Shown piece after piece: positions 29,701 to 37,719 of a DNA stretch of 38,792 bases. The notes under the pieces were generated by a model. The model saw only the letters and a list, made by a program, of their open reading frames with translations. It did not search any database and was not told where the DNA came from. A program made the translations under genes and the position numbers. The stretch is from contig JBIKKE010000001.1 in NCBI GenBank assembly GCA_044360575.1, forward strand, positions 1 through 38,792, in the 5' to 3' direction. The stretch's first letter is position 1. Every line of letters begins with the position of its first letter. The stretch is from Limnohabitans sp. GTDB lineage: Bacteria > Pseudomonadota > Gammaproteobacteria > Burkholderiales > Burkholderiaceae_C.

Positions 29701-29842
29701 GAGCTTGCTGCCCGCCGTGCGCGCCCAAGCCGACGCGATCGTGGTGGCCGACGGCACCAGCTGCCGTCACCAAATCCATGATGGTGCTGGGCGTGAAGCG
29801 GTGCACCTGAGCCAGTTGCTGGCTGGTTTGTTGCCGGGCTGA
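26729..29842 (+). CDS. FAD-binding and 4Fe-4S oxidoreductase (GlcD/GlcF-type fusion, 2-hydroxy-acid dehydrogenase-like)
   Basis: PRGGGTS FAD motif, GEHGDG, CNNNGHC, CVGCKGCKRDCP, two CCG motifs. ATGA overlap with gntR. Confidence 0.88.
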   Translation: MNAPLPIDLSKSLPDHAYDKVAHISNEVAGLLAKRLRSDTRGEVLFSAADRGRYATDASIYQAMPSGVFVPRDASDVRVALDICRDLGVPIVPRGGGTSQCGQTVGAGLVIDHSKHMRQVLAVDPEQRTATVEPGLVLDHLNAALKQHGLWYPVDVSTSAQATLGGMAGNNSCGSRSIAYGNMVHNVLGAEAWLADGSLLEFGAYEKAQGRARQIGDFVRDLALQHASEIDAHWPKVLRRVAGYNLDIFRNQNERPYTADGSVNLAHLLIGSEGTLALTRSLTLRLAELPRAKVLGVVNFPSFYQAMDSAQHIVKLGQGMPVGHLSAVELVDRTMIELSLQNPAFAPTIRTALSPHINGGMPEAVLLVEFSGPSKADIAHKIKELVELMGDLGLPGSVVEMVDDAPQKNLWEVRKAGLNIMMSLRGDGKPVSFIEDCAVPLESLAEYTDALTGVFRKYGSRGTWYAHASVGTLHVRPILDMRRDGASKMRAIAEEASALVRQYKGAFSGEHGDGLCRGEWIGWQFGPRISEAFAQIKREMDPQQLLCPQRIVNPPKMDDTTLMRFPPSYKVVPIRTALDWSAWNVQNDPVTEQTSAPGTGGDPAQGLAKAVEMCNNNGHCRKFDAGTMCPSYRVTRDEQHLTRGRANTLRLALSGQIEGLAGEDALSSEAVREAMDLCVGCKGCKRDCPTGVDMAKMKVEFLQHYKAKHGHTLQDKLVAHLPDYARWAARLAPVLNLRNRMPLLAALTEKLLGLSAKRSLPDWQSRHFFNTPPSAAQASASREEVLAAARGVVLFVDTFNGYLESANAHAAVKVLQAAGYTVHVATKLQGDGGHLCCGRTYLASGMVDKAREKASEVVQSLLPFAEKGLSIVGLEPSCLLTLRDEMLVMGLGEGAQRIAGQALLFEEFLAREAQSGQLDALKAQIAPVDRPVLLHGHCHQKAFDAVSPVMEVLRWIPGAKPQLIESSCCGMAGSFGYEASHYEVSMQMAELSLLPAVRAQADAIVVADGTSCRHQIHDGAGREAVHLSQLLAGLLPG

Positions 29843-29861
29843 GCCGCCGAGCCCAATCGTC

Positions 29862-30800
29862 TCAAGGCGGACTGAGTGTCAAACGCAGCCCGCTGGCCCA
29901 ATCGCGAGCCTGCCCGGTGATCGGGTCGGTGAATCGCACCGACTGGGCCAGTAATTGCAGGGGCTGGCTGAAGTCTTCTGCTGCATCCGGGCCACGCAGC
30001 ACCGTGGGGTAAAACAAGTCGCCTTCGATCGGGATGCCCAAGGCATTCATGTGCACCCGCAGCTGATGGCGTTTGCCGCTGATCGGCTCCAACGCATACA
30101 GCGCCCGCAGGCCATCGGTGTGCAGCAAAGATATGCGGGTTTCGCTGTTGGCGGGTCCTGGCACTTCCTTCGTTCTGAAAAACGGCTCGCCTGGCACCAA
30201 GCGGCTGGTGTGCACCAGCGGCAGCTGCAAGTGCGGCGCATGTGCCGCCACCGCGTGGTAGGTCTTGTGGATCAGGTGGTCCCGAAACAGCGCGTGGTAA
30301 GGGTCGCGGTCTTGCAGGCGTTTGCCAAACAACACCAGACCTGCGGTTTCTCGGTCAATCCGGTGCAGTGGCACCAAATCGGCGCAGCCCGTCAGGCGCT
30401 TGAGCTGCACCAACAGGCTTTGTTGCACATAACGGCCCGAGGGTGTGACGGGCATAAAGTGCGGTTTGTCCATCACCAGCAAGTGCTCGTCTTCAAACAA
30501 GACCTGCGCCTGAAACGGCAGCAGGGGCTCGTCGGACAGATGTCGGTAGTAATACAGGCGCTGGCCCGGTTGGCAACTTTGGTCGGGTAGGGCCGCGTGG
30601 CCGTCTTCGAGCAACACCAAGCCTTGCGCCAAACGTTCGGCCCATTCGTTGCGCGAGATGCCGGGCATGCGCTGGGTCAAAAAATCGAGCAGGTGCGGTG
30701 CACCTTGCGGGACCGACACCACACTGGCGCTCACGCCATCGCGCATGGGCAACTGAATGCCTCGCATGGGCAACTTTATTGGGCGCCCGGATTCGCGCAT
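29862..30800 (-). CDS. RluA family pseudouridine synthase
   Basis: DKPHFMP, catalytic HRIDRETAG, GKRHQLRVH, GDLFY. Start set at ATG 30800, just after the trmB stop. Confidence 0.88.
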   Translation of the reverse strand: MRESGRPIKLPMRGIQLPMRDGVSASVVSVPQGAPHLLDFLTQRMPGISRNEWAERLAQGLVLLEDGHAALPDQSCQPGQRLYYYRHLSDEPLLPFQAQVLFEDEHLLVMDKPHFMPVTPSGRYVQQSLLVQLKRLTGCADLVPLHRIDRETAGLVLFGKRLQDRDPYHALFRDHLIHKTYHAVAAHAPHLQLPLVHTSRLVPGEPFFRTKEVPGPANSETRISLLHTDGLRALYALEPISGKRHQLRVHMNALGIPIEGDLFYPTVLRGPDAAEDFSQPLQLLAQSVRFTDPITGQARDWASGLRLTLSPP

Positions 30801-30801
30801 T

Positions 30802-31551
30802 TCAGATGCGGCGGAACACCAGGTCCCAAACCCCGTGACCGAGTTTGAGGCCCCGGTTTTCAAACTTGGTGAGCGGCCGGTAGTCTGGCTTGGCGGCAAA
30901 GCCATCTGGGGCATCGCTGGTGTTGACCAGCAAAGGCTCGGCGCGCAGCACCCCCATCATCTGCTCAGAGTAGGGTTGCCAGTCGGTGGCCAAGTGCAGG
31001 TAGCCACCGGGCTTGATGTGTTGGGCCAAGCGCTGTATGAAGGGCTGCTGGATCAGGCGGCGCTTGTGGTGGCGGCTCTTGTGCCAAGGGTCTGGAAAGA
31101 AGATGTGCACGCCGTCCAGGCTGTCTGGGCCCAACATGTTGTCCATCACTTCGATAGCGTCGTGTTGCACGATGCGGATGTTGCCGATGTGCTCTTCGCC
31201 GCAGCGTTTGAGCAGGGCACCAACGCCTGGCTCATGCACTTCGCAGCACAGAAAGTTGTCATCAGGTCGAACCTGCGCGATTTTGGCCGTGGCGTCGCCC
31301 ATGCCAAAACCGATTTCCAAAATCAGCGGGGCAGGGCGGCCAAAGGCAGCTTGCACATCCAGCCGAGCAGGGCTGTAGGGCAACAGGAACTTTGGTCCGT
31401 ACTGCTCAAACGCCCGCATTTGCCCCGACCCCATGCGCCCGGCGCGCAGCACATAGGTTTTGATCTGCCGCATGAAGGGTGCGTCGGGTGCAGCCTGGTC
31501 GGTCACAGTTTCTTGGACAGGCTGTTGCTGGGTGTTCTCGGGGGTCGTCAT
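30802..31551 (-). CDS. trmB: tRNA (guanine-N7)-methyltransferase
   Basis: [40 protein letters not shown]. Start set at MTTPEN (31551). Confidence 0.95.
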   Translation of the reverse strand: MTTPENTQQQPVQETVTDQAAPDAPFMRQIKTYVLRAGRMGSGQMRAFEQYGPKFLLPYSPARLDVQAAFGRPAPLILEIGFGMGDATAKIAQVRPDDNFLCCEVHEPGVGALLKRCGEEHIGNIRIVQHDAIEVMDNMLGPDSLDGVHIFFPDPWHKSRHHKRRLIQQPFIQRLAQHIKPGGYLHLATDWQPYSEQMMGVLRAEPLLVNTSDAPDGFAAKPDYRPLTKFENRGLKLGHGVWDLVFRRI

Positions 31552-31657
31552 GAGGGTGTGGCTTGAGGGCCAAAGTGTTTCGCAAAGCCTGCGATTATCG
31601 TGGCTGTGGTTTGAGGTGGGGGCTATGCGAGGGGAAATGAGAGGGAGATGTGACGAG

Positions 31658-32125
31658 TCAGGTGGCTGCAAACGGGTTGACCAACTGCACACCCGCCAGA
31701 ACTGCCCCAGTTCCCATGTCTTCGGTCAACAACACAGCGCAACCAGAAATGTGAGCGCTGGCCAAAATCAGGGCGTCCCAGTAACTCAGGGTATGTTTTT
31801 GGTGCAAATCCAGCGCCATGTCGATGGTGTCTGGCGTCACGCCCGCCAAGTCCATTTGTCGGTAGCACTGCAGTTGCGCGCGAACATGGCTGTGAGGCAG
31901 ACCCAGTTTGCGCAGGCCAACCTGGATGTATTCGTTGAGCACCTGCGTAGACAAAACGCCGAGCTGTTGAAACCGCAAGTGCCGAAGTACATCGATGGCG
32001 ATGCGCTGTTTCTGGGGTTCGTCGTTGCTGTCTGCATAAACCAGGATATTGGTGTCGATGAAGCACCGGGTTTTGGGCGGCTCAATCAGCTTGCCCCAAG
32101 GCGGCGTGGGCTCAGCCGCGATCAT
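31658..32125 (-). CDS. PIN-domain (VapC-like) toxin
   Basis: [33 protein letters not shown]. Overlaps the upstream antitoxin gene by 14 nt. Start uncertain. Confidence 0.85.
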   Translation of the reverse strand: MIAAEPTPPWGKLIEPPKTRCFIDTNILVYADSNDEPQKQRIAIDVLRHLRFQQLGVLSTQVLNEYIQVGLRKLGLPHSHVRAQLQCYRQMDLAGVTPDTIDMALDLHQKHTLSYWDALILASAHISGCAVLLTEDMGTGAVLAGVQLVNPFAAT

Positions 32126-32339
32126 GCAGGGCATCTCGGTCAAACTTCCAGCCCTTGAGTTGCCCACCGCCATTGAGGCAGCGTTGCTCCCAAGCTTGCC
32201 ATTCGGCGGCTTGACGCTCTTGCCCCGCGAGTTGCTCCAAGTAATCGCGAACGGCTTGGTTCAAGCTTTTGCCCATTTTTCGGGCCGCTTCACGCGCCGA
32301 TTCAGCGACCCGCTCGTCCACAGACAAGGTGATGTTCAT
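32112..32339 (-). CDS. Ribbon-helix-helix antitoxin (VapB-like)
   Basis: 75 aa, MNITLSVDE...A...GKSLNQAVRDYLEQL. GGAGGT RBS. Directly upstream of the PIN gene. Confidence 0.8.
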   Translation of the reverse strand: MNITLSVDERVAESAREAARKMGKSLNQAVRDYLEQLAGQERQAAEWQAWEQRCLNGGGQLKGWKFDRDALHDRG

Positions 32340-32364
32340 GGTTTGACCTCCGCAATGGCATGAA

Positions 32365-32387
32365 ATTCGCACATATTATGTGTGAAT
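32365..32387. promoter_or_regulatory. Palindromic operator of the TA operon
   Basis: ATTCGCACATA-T-TATGTGTGAAT: 11-bp arms with one mismatch, upstream of the antitoxin RBS. Confidence 0.65.
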
Positions 32388-33295
32388 CATGCTTTCTTTG
32401 CAAACGCTGCCCCCAAGTTGCTGCCGTGCAAAGTCGCCCAACGCGTCAAGGCGTGGTCAAGGGGCGTATGTTCAGGCAGCATGGGGAGTCCCAATGTATG
32501 GGCCGCTGCGTTCAGCGCCAAGACGGGGTGCTGCAAGTCCAGCGCGAGTGCCCCGTTTTGTTTGCTCAGCTTTTCGCCGTTGTCGCCCAGCACCAGTGGT
32601 GTGTGCAGGTATTGAGGCATGGGCAGCCCTAAGGCCCTTTGCAGCACGATTTGCCGCGCCGTGTTGTCAGCCAGGTCTTGGCCGCGAACCACATGGCTGA
32701 TGCCTTGCGCGGCATCGTCCACTACCACGGCCAACTGGTAGGCCCACAGCCCGTCGGCGCGGCGCAGCACAAAATCGCCCACTTCTTCGCGTACGTTTTG
32801 CTGCTGAGGCCCCAGAAGTCGGTCTTTCCAGGAGGTGACGGCGGGCATGTTCAGTGCCGTTTGTACGGCCTGCACATTCAGCCGCCAGGCGCGGGCAGGT
32901 TTGCCTTTCAAGCCCTCACGGCAGGTGCCGGGGTAGACGGCTGCGCTGTGACGGGCCACGGTTTGGGCCGATTCAATGTCTTTGCGCGAGCAGCCACAAG
33001 GGTAGGCCCAGCCTTTGTCGACCAGCGATTGCAAAGCTACTGCGTAGGCGTCACCCCTGTGGCTTTGCCACTGCACTGCACCATCAGGCCGCAAGCCACA
33101 TGCCGAAAGCTGCCTCAAGATGGCCTGGTCAGCCCCATGAACGCAGCGCGGCGTGTCTACATCTTCGATGCGAACCAACCATTGGCCGTCATGTACCCGC
33201 GCATCCAGCCAACTGGCCAAGGCCGCGACCAGCGATCCAGCATGCAAAAGGCCGGTTGGCGAGGGCGCAAACCGGCCTCTGTAATCCACGTTCAT
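32387..33295 (-). CDS. gluQ: Glutamyl-Q tRNA(Asp) synthetase
   Basis: [42 protein letters not shown]. At 302 aa it lacks the anticodon-binding domain of GluRS. Confidence 0.93.
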   Translation of the reverse strand: MNVDYRGRFAPSPTGLLHAGSLVAALASWLDARVHDGQWLVRIEDVDTPRCVHGADQAILRQLSACGLRPDGAVQWQSHRGDAYAVALQSLVDKGWAYPCGCSRKDIESAQTVARHSAAVYPGTCREGLKGKPARAWRLNVQAVQTALNMPAVTSWKDRLLGPQQQNVREEVGDFVLRRADGLWAYQLAVVVDDAAQGISHVVRGQDLADNTARQIVLQRALGLPMPQYLHTPLVLGDNGEKLSKQNGALALDLQHPVLALNAAAHTLGLPMLPEHTPLDHALTRWATLHGSNLGAAFAKKA

Positions 33296-33301
33296 GTGGG
33301 A

Positions 33302-34348
33302 TCAGCGTTTTTTGAGCACTGCCAAAGCCAACTCAAGACCGGAAACAAAGGCGTCCTCGACCCGATGGCCCAAACACCAGTCGCCACACAGAGCGATGCC
33401 TTGATCTTTGGACCAGACAAAGCTCTCGCCCAAAGGCTGATCGGTTTTGGCGTACAGCCAACGGTGCACCTCGGCGTGTGCGGGGGTGACACGGATGCCG
33501 GTGATCTCAGCAAAGGCCTTGATCAGTTTGCCTTTCACGCGCTCGGGCGTGTCGTTCACATGCTCGGCAGACCAAGGGGCGCTGGCTTGCACGGTCCAGC
33601 GCTCGATGCGATCACGTCCAGGTTTGGACGACTCGCGCGCCATCCAGGCGATACGGTGGTGGGTGCTGCGCGCGGCGTTCCATTGGGGACCGATGGTGAT
33701 CAGGCCGGGTTGAACGGCTTGGGGATAGGCCAACATCAGCGTCCAGCAAGGGTCGACACGCACAGCTGCCAAAGGCGCTGCGAGCGCGCTTTGACCAGAA
33801 GCTTTGAGCAGCGCAGTTGCTTGTGCAGGAGGTATGGCGAGGATGACCTTGTCAAAGCCTGCGTAGACGTGTTGCCCGCCATCCTCTGTTTCAGTTTGCA
33901 GCTGCCAGCCGTTTTTCCTCAGAGGGTCGGCCATGATTTGGGTCACTCGTGTTTGCAGTTGCACGTTGCCGTCTTCGACCAAAGGCGCCGCCCAAGCCTT
34001 GACCAAAGCGTTCATGCCGGGCGCTGCGACCCAGTGACGCTCTCCGCCGGGCAAGCCAGCCTCGATCACGCGGCCATTGGGGTCGAGGACGCGAACGGCA
34101 TTGGCGCTCCAAGGCTTGCAAACCCCCGGGGCAGTGCCGATAGCGAGTTCAAAACGTGGATCGCGCACTGTGAAGTACTGCGCACCGTGGTCAAAACCAC
34201 CAAAAGCACTGGCTCGGGTCGACATGCGCCCCCCAAGGCCCCGGCTTTTTTCAAACAAGGTGACGTTGTGTCCCGCTTGTCGTAAGGTGCGAGCGCAAGT
34301 GACGCCGGCCATGCCGACACCGATGATGGCGATGTGTTGTGTAGTCAT
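33302..34348 (-). CDS. Renalase-like FAD-dependent oxidoreductase
   Basis: IIGVGMAG, EKSRG.GGRMSTR, FDHGAQYFT, HRWLYA, CGDWC.G.RVEDAF.SG. Confidence 0.85.
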   Translation of the reverse strand: MTTQHIAIIGVGMAGVTCARTLRQAGHNVTLFEKSRGLGGRMSTRASAFGGFDHGAQYFTVRDPRFELAIGTAPGVCKPWSANAVRVLDPNGRVIEAGLPGGERHWVAAPGMNALVKAWAAPLVEDGNVQLQTRVTQIMADPLRKNGWQLQTETEDGGQHVYAGFDKVILAIPPAQATALLKASGQSALAAPLAAVRVDPCWTLMLAYPQAVQPGLITIGPQWNAARSTHHRIAWMARESSKPGRDRIERWTVQASAPWSAEHVNDTPERVKGKLIKAFAEITGIRVTPAHAEVHRWLYAKTDQPLGESFVWSKDQGIALCGDWCLGHRVEDAFVSGLELALAVLKKR

Positions 34349-34425
34349 GGGGTCACTTTAGCTGAGAAAAGGGTCTGGTTACAGCCCGGGTGGGTTATCC
34401 CCGATGCCTGTGCATGCAACTGTTT

Positions 34426-35364
34426 TTAGACGGCGTGCTTTGGCCGAAGCAAAGCATCCCGTGTGGTCTGATTTTCCAGCTGGGCCAGCCACCATTTGAG
34501 GGCTTGTCCCGCAGGGGCTTGGCGGTTGTCTCGCCAAGCGAGGTGACAGGTGTTGGTGCGCGGGGTGTTCACTTGCTTGACCACCAGCATGCCCTTATCT
34601 ACGTAGGGCTGGGCCAGCGATTCGGGTAAAAACCCACCGCCTAGGCCGCGCAATTGGGCTTCAAGCTTGCTCGGCATGTCCGGCACCGTGAACACGTCTT
34701 GACCACCCTGCAAGCCAATGGTGAGGCCTGAACCCCGGCTGACCGAGTCGGCCACGGCCACAGCGCGGTGCTGTTGCAAGCTGGTGTCGCTCAGCGGTTC
34801 GGGGGCTTGGGCCAAGGGGTGGTGCGGGGCCACGGCGTAGATAAAAGTGATGTCACCCAGCAAGGCATGTCGGATGTCGGCTTGCGGGCCCGGCTCCAGC
34901 ACCACGCCAAGAGCCAAATCGGCCTGGCCCGAGGTGAGGGCGGCCAGCGTGCCCGACAGGGTCTCGTAGCGCAAGCGAAGCCGCGTGGGCGTGCCCAGCG
35001 CTAAAAAACGGGTGCACAAATCCATCACAACACTGCGCGAAATGATGCTGTCCACAGCCACTGTGAACACGGCCTCCCAGCCCGTGGCTACACGGCGCAC
35101 GCGGTTGGCCACAGCGTCCATGTCGTCGAGCAAGCGAGTGGCTTCGCGCAGCAATTCGCGGCCAGCAGCGGTGGGCACGGCTTGGCGGGCACTGCGGTCA
35201 AACAGCAGCACATCGAGCGCGTCCTCAATCTGGCGTACCCGATAGGTCAGGGCACTGGGCACCAGGTTCAGGCTTCGGGCGGCAGCGGCAAAGCTGCCTT
35301 TCTGCCCGATGGTTTGCAACATTTGCAGGGCTTCGGGCGTCAGCCAGTCACGTGGAGTTTGCAT
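34426..35364 (-). CDS. LysR family regulator (YhaJ-like)
   Basis: HTH GSFAAAA..L..VPSALTY.VRQIE..L...LFDR. Divergent from a pirin gene. Start set at MQTPR (35364). Confidence 0.9.
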   Translation of the reverse strand: MQTPRDWLTPEALQMLQTIGQKGSFAAAARSLNLVPSALTYRVRQIEDALDVLLFDRSARQAVPTAAGRELLREATRLLDDMDAVANRVRRVATGWEAVFTVAVDSIISRSVVMDLCTRFLALGTPTRLRLRYETLSGTLAALTSGQADLALGVVLEPGPQADIRHALLGDITFIYAVAPHHPLAQAPEPLSDTSLQQHRAVAVADSVSRGSGLTIGLQGGQDVFTVPDMPSKLEAQLRGLGGGFLPESLAQPYVDKGMLVVKQVNTPRTNTCHLAWRDNRQAPAGQALKWWLAQLENQTTRDALLRPKHAV

Positions 35365-35379
35365 GGTTGGGTATTGATT

Positions 35380-35396
35380 ATTCAATTGGTTTGAAT
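35380..35396. promoter_or_regulatory. LysR T-N11-A recognition box
   Basis: Perfect inverted repeat ATTCAA-N5-TTGAAT, 15 nt upstream of the lysR start. Confidence 0.65.
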
Positions 35397-35492
35397 GATG
35401 CCTGCAAACCATATCAATGGTTCAAAGCAGGGTGTTCGTTAAAGTGACGCCATTGTTTGGTACCCAACCAAGCACCTCAAAAGGTAAACCAC

Positions 35493-36206
35493 ATGCTCAC
35501 TCTTCGTCCATCGGCCGAACGCGGCTATGCAGACCACGGCTGGCTCAAGTCGTTTCACAGTTTTTCTTTTGCCAACTACTTTGACCCTGCCCACATGGGT
35601 TTTGGCAATCTGCGCGTCATCAATGAAGACCGCATCGACCCTGGTACCGGTTTTGGCACGCATGGCCACAGTGACATGGAAATCATCAGCTACGTGCTTT
35701 CAGGCAATTTGGCCCACCAAGACAGCATGGGCAATGTCAAAGGCATTCCGCCAGGCGATGTGCAGCGCATGAGCGCAGGCAGCGGCGTGCGCCACAGTGA
35801 GTTCAACCATGCCCAAGGCGAACAGACGCACTTCTTACAGATCTGGATTGAGCCCAATGTCATGGGGATTGACCCGGGTTACGAACAAAAAACCGTGCCT
35901 GTCAGCGCCAAACGCGGTCAGCTGGCGCTGGTGGCCGCGCCCCCCGCCGACCCCATGGCAGCCGATCACACCGTGCAAATTCATGCCGATGCGCGCATGT
36001 ACGCGGGCCTGCTGGATGGCGCAGAAAGTGCCCATTTGCCATTGGCGCCCACCCGCAAGGCTTATGTTTTTTTGGTCAGGGGCAGTTTGCAGGTCAATGG
36101 CCAATCGCTCAAGGCAGGTGATGCGGCCATGTTGCAAGCCGAACAGTCTTTGGCGCTAACCCAAGGGGACAATGCCGAAGTCTTGGTGTTTGATTTGTCC
36201 GCATGA
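35493..36206 (+). CDS. Pirin family protein (YhhW-like)
   Basis: HGWL.S.HSFSF, LRVINED, H.H.DMEI, MSAGSG..HSE, FLQIWI. Start ATG 35493 after AAAGG. Confidence 0.92.
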   Translation: MLTLRPSAERGYADHGWLKSFHSFSFANYFDPAHMGFGNLRVINEDRIDPGTGFGTHGHSDMEIISYVLSGNLAHQDSMGNVKGIPPGDVQRMSAGSGVRHSEFNHAQGEQTHFLQIWIEPNVMGIDPGYEQKTVPVSAKRGQLALVAAPPADPMAADHTVQIHADARMYAGLLDGAESAHLPLAPTRKAYVFLVRGSLQVNGQSLKAGDAAMLQAEQSLALTQGDNAEVLVFDLSA

Positions 36207-36283
36207 TCGTTTTTTAAGGTCGCCTAAGGGGTGTCCGCATTGTTTTTCTATCCGTTTTTTTCTCAACATTCAGGAGTTATCTC

Positions 36284-36817
36284 ATGGCCAAAACAGTTGT
36301 TGTTTACCATTCCGGCTACGGCCACACGCAGCGCGTAGCCCAATTTGTGGCTCAAGGCGCGAATGCCCAAAGCATCGCCATTGATGCCGACGGCAACATC
36401 ACCGACGCCGACTGGTCAGCCCTGGATGCGGCCGACGCCATCATTTTCGGCTCACCGACCTACATGGGCATGGCGTCTTGGCAGTTCAAAAAATTTGCCG
36501 ACGCCACTTCCAAGCGTTGGTTCAGTAGCGCATGGAAAGACAAGGTCGCAGGCGGTTTCACCATTTCTGCCAGCCCTAGCGGCGACAAACTGTCCACCAT
36601 CCAGTACTTCATGACTCTGGCTATGCAGCAAGGCATGGTTTGGGTGGGCCAGCCGGCCATGAACGACGGCACCATCAACCGTATTGGCTCCAATTCCGGT
36701 GTGATGGCGCAAGTGGGGCCCACCAGCCCGGCCGAAGACATTCCTCAAGGTGACCTCGACACGGCCAAGGCTTACGGCGAACGCGTTGCAGCTGTGGCCG
36801 CCAAGTGGCGGGCTTGA
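36284..36817 (+). CDS. Flavodoxin-like / WrbA family NAD(P)H:quinone oxidoreductase
   Basis: YHSGYGHT, IIFGSPTYMG, WKDK.AGGFT.S, GDK. AGGAG RBS. Confidence 0.88.
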   Translation: MAKTVVVYHSGYGHTQRVAQFVAQGANAQSIAIDADGNITDADWSALDAADAIIFGSPTYMGMASWQFKKFADATSKRWFSSAWKDKVAGGFTISASPSGDKLSTIQYFMTLAMQQGMVWVGQPAMNDGTINRIGSNSGVMAQVGPTSPAEDIPQGDLDTAKAYGERVAAVAAKWRA

Positions 36818-36844
36818 CGCTTTCAGCTTGATGCTTTGAGCGCC

Positions 36845-36878
36845 AGCCGGAGTCGTCATGCGACTCTGGCTTTTTTTT
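36845..36878 (+). terminator. Intrinsic terminator
   Basis: AGCCGGAGTCG-TCATG-CGACTCTGGC followed by T8. Confidence 0.85.
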
Positions 36879-36939
36879 CGACGCAGCCATTTGAACCGGC
36901 GCACAGATGGTGCTTGGCCGTGCTTGATAGGATAGGGGC

Positions 36940-37635
36940 ATGAAAATCATCACCCTGCTGCCTTGGCTCGATTGGCTGGCACTTTTTACTTTTTTTGGAC
37001 TTTGGGTCGGCTATGCCTGGATGGCCAAAGTGCGCGGTCTGCGCGATCAGACCCTGATCGCCAACACCAACCGTTACCGGCAAATGTGGATGCTGCAGGC
37101 CACCGCCCGTGACCCCCGCATGCTGGATGGGCTGATCACCCAAAACCTGTCTCAGACGCCCGCCTTTTTTTCGTCCACCAGCATCATCATCATCGGTGGT
37201 CTGTTTGCCTTGCTAGGGACCACCGACAAAGCCGCAGGCTTGGTGGGTGAGATCCCGTTTGCACAGCCCACCCCTTTGCTGGTGTTTGAACTCAAGATAT
37301 TGGTCTTGGTGGGTATCTTTGTGTACGCTTTTTTCCGTTTCTCTTGGTCCATGCGGCTCTACACTTTTGTTGCTTTGGCCATCGGCGCCATGCCGCCGCC
37401 CGAGGACTTTGCGGCCCAGCGGTTTGACCGCCAGCACTACGCTGAACGCGCGGGTAATTTGGTCAGTGCGGCGGCTGAGACCTTCAACGACGGTTTGCGC
37501 GCTTACTACTTTTCATTCGCGGCCATGGCGTGGTTCTTTTCGCCATTGGCGCTCGTGTTGGCCACGGCCTTGGTGGTGTTGATTCTTTATGGTCGGGAAT
37601 TCAGATCCGACGTGCTGCAAGTGCTGCGCAGTTGA
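36940..37635 (+). CDS. DUF599-like membrane protein
   Basis: 231 aa, hydrophobic. R..WM, FFSSTS, FF.F.WS.R, FNDGLRAYYF pattern. Confidence 0.75.
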   Translation: MKIITLLPWLDWLALFTFFGLWVGYAWMAKVRGLRDQTLIANTNRYRQMWMLQATARDPRMLDGLITQNLSQTPAFFSSTSIIIIGGLFALLGTTDKAAGLVGEIPFAQPTPLLVFELKILVLVGIFVYAFFRFSWSMRLYTFVALAIGAMPPPEDFAAQRFDRQHYAERAGNLVSAAAETFNDGLRAYYFSFAAMAWFFSPLALVLATALVVLILYGREFRSDVLQVLRS

Positions 37636-37719
37636 AGACGCATGCTAAAGAATCCACTTTGGGGTGGAGCGCCTGAAAGGGTGTGATGGCTTTGGGGCCA
37701 GCTTCTACAATGTGAGTCT

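Noticed and set aside
32639-34285. 548-aa plus-strand ORF, and similar long antisense ORFs at 4933-6105, 20345-21604 and 27704-29059
   Set aside because: They lie antisense to well-supported genes and have no recognisable motifs. Such shadow ORFs are expected from high-GC codon bias.
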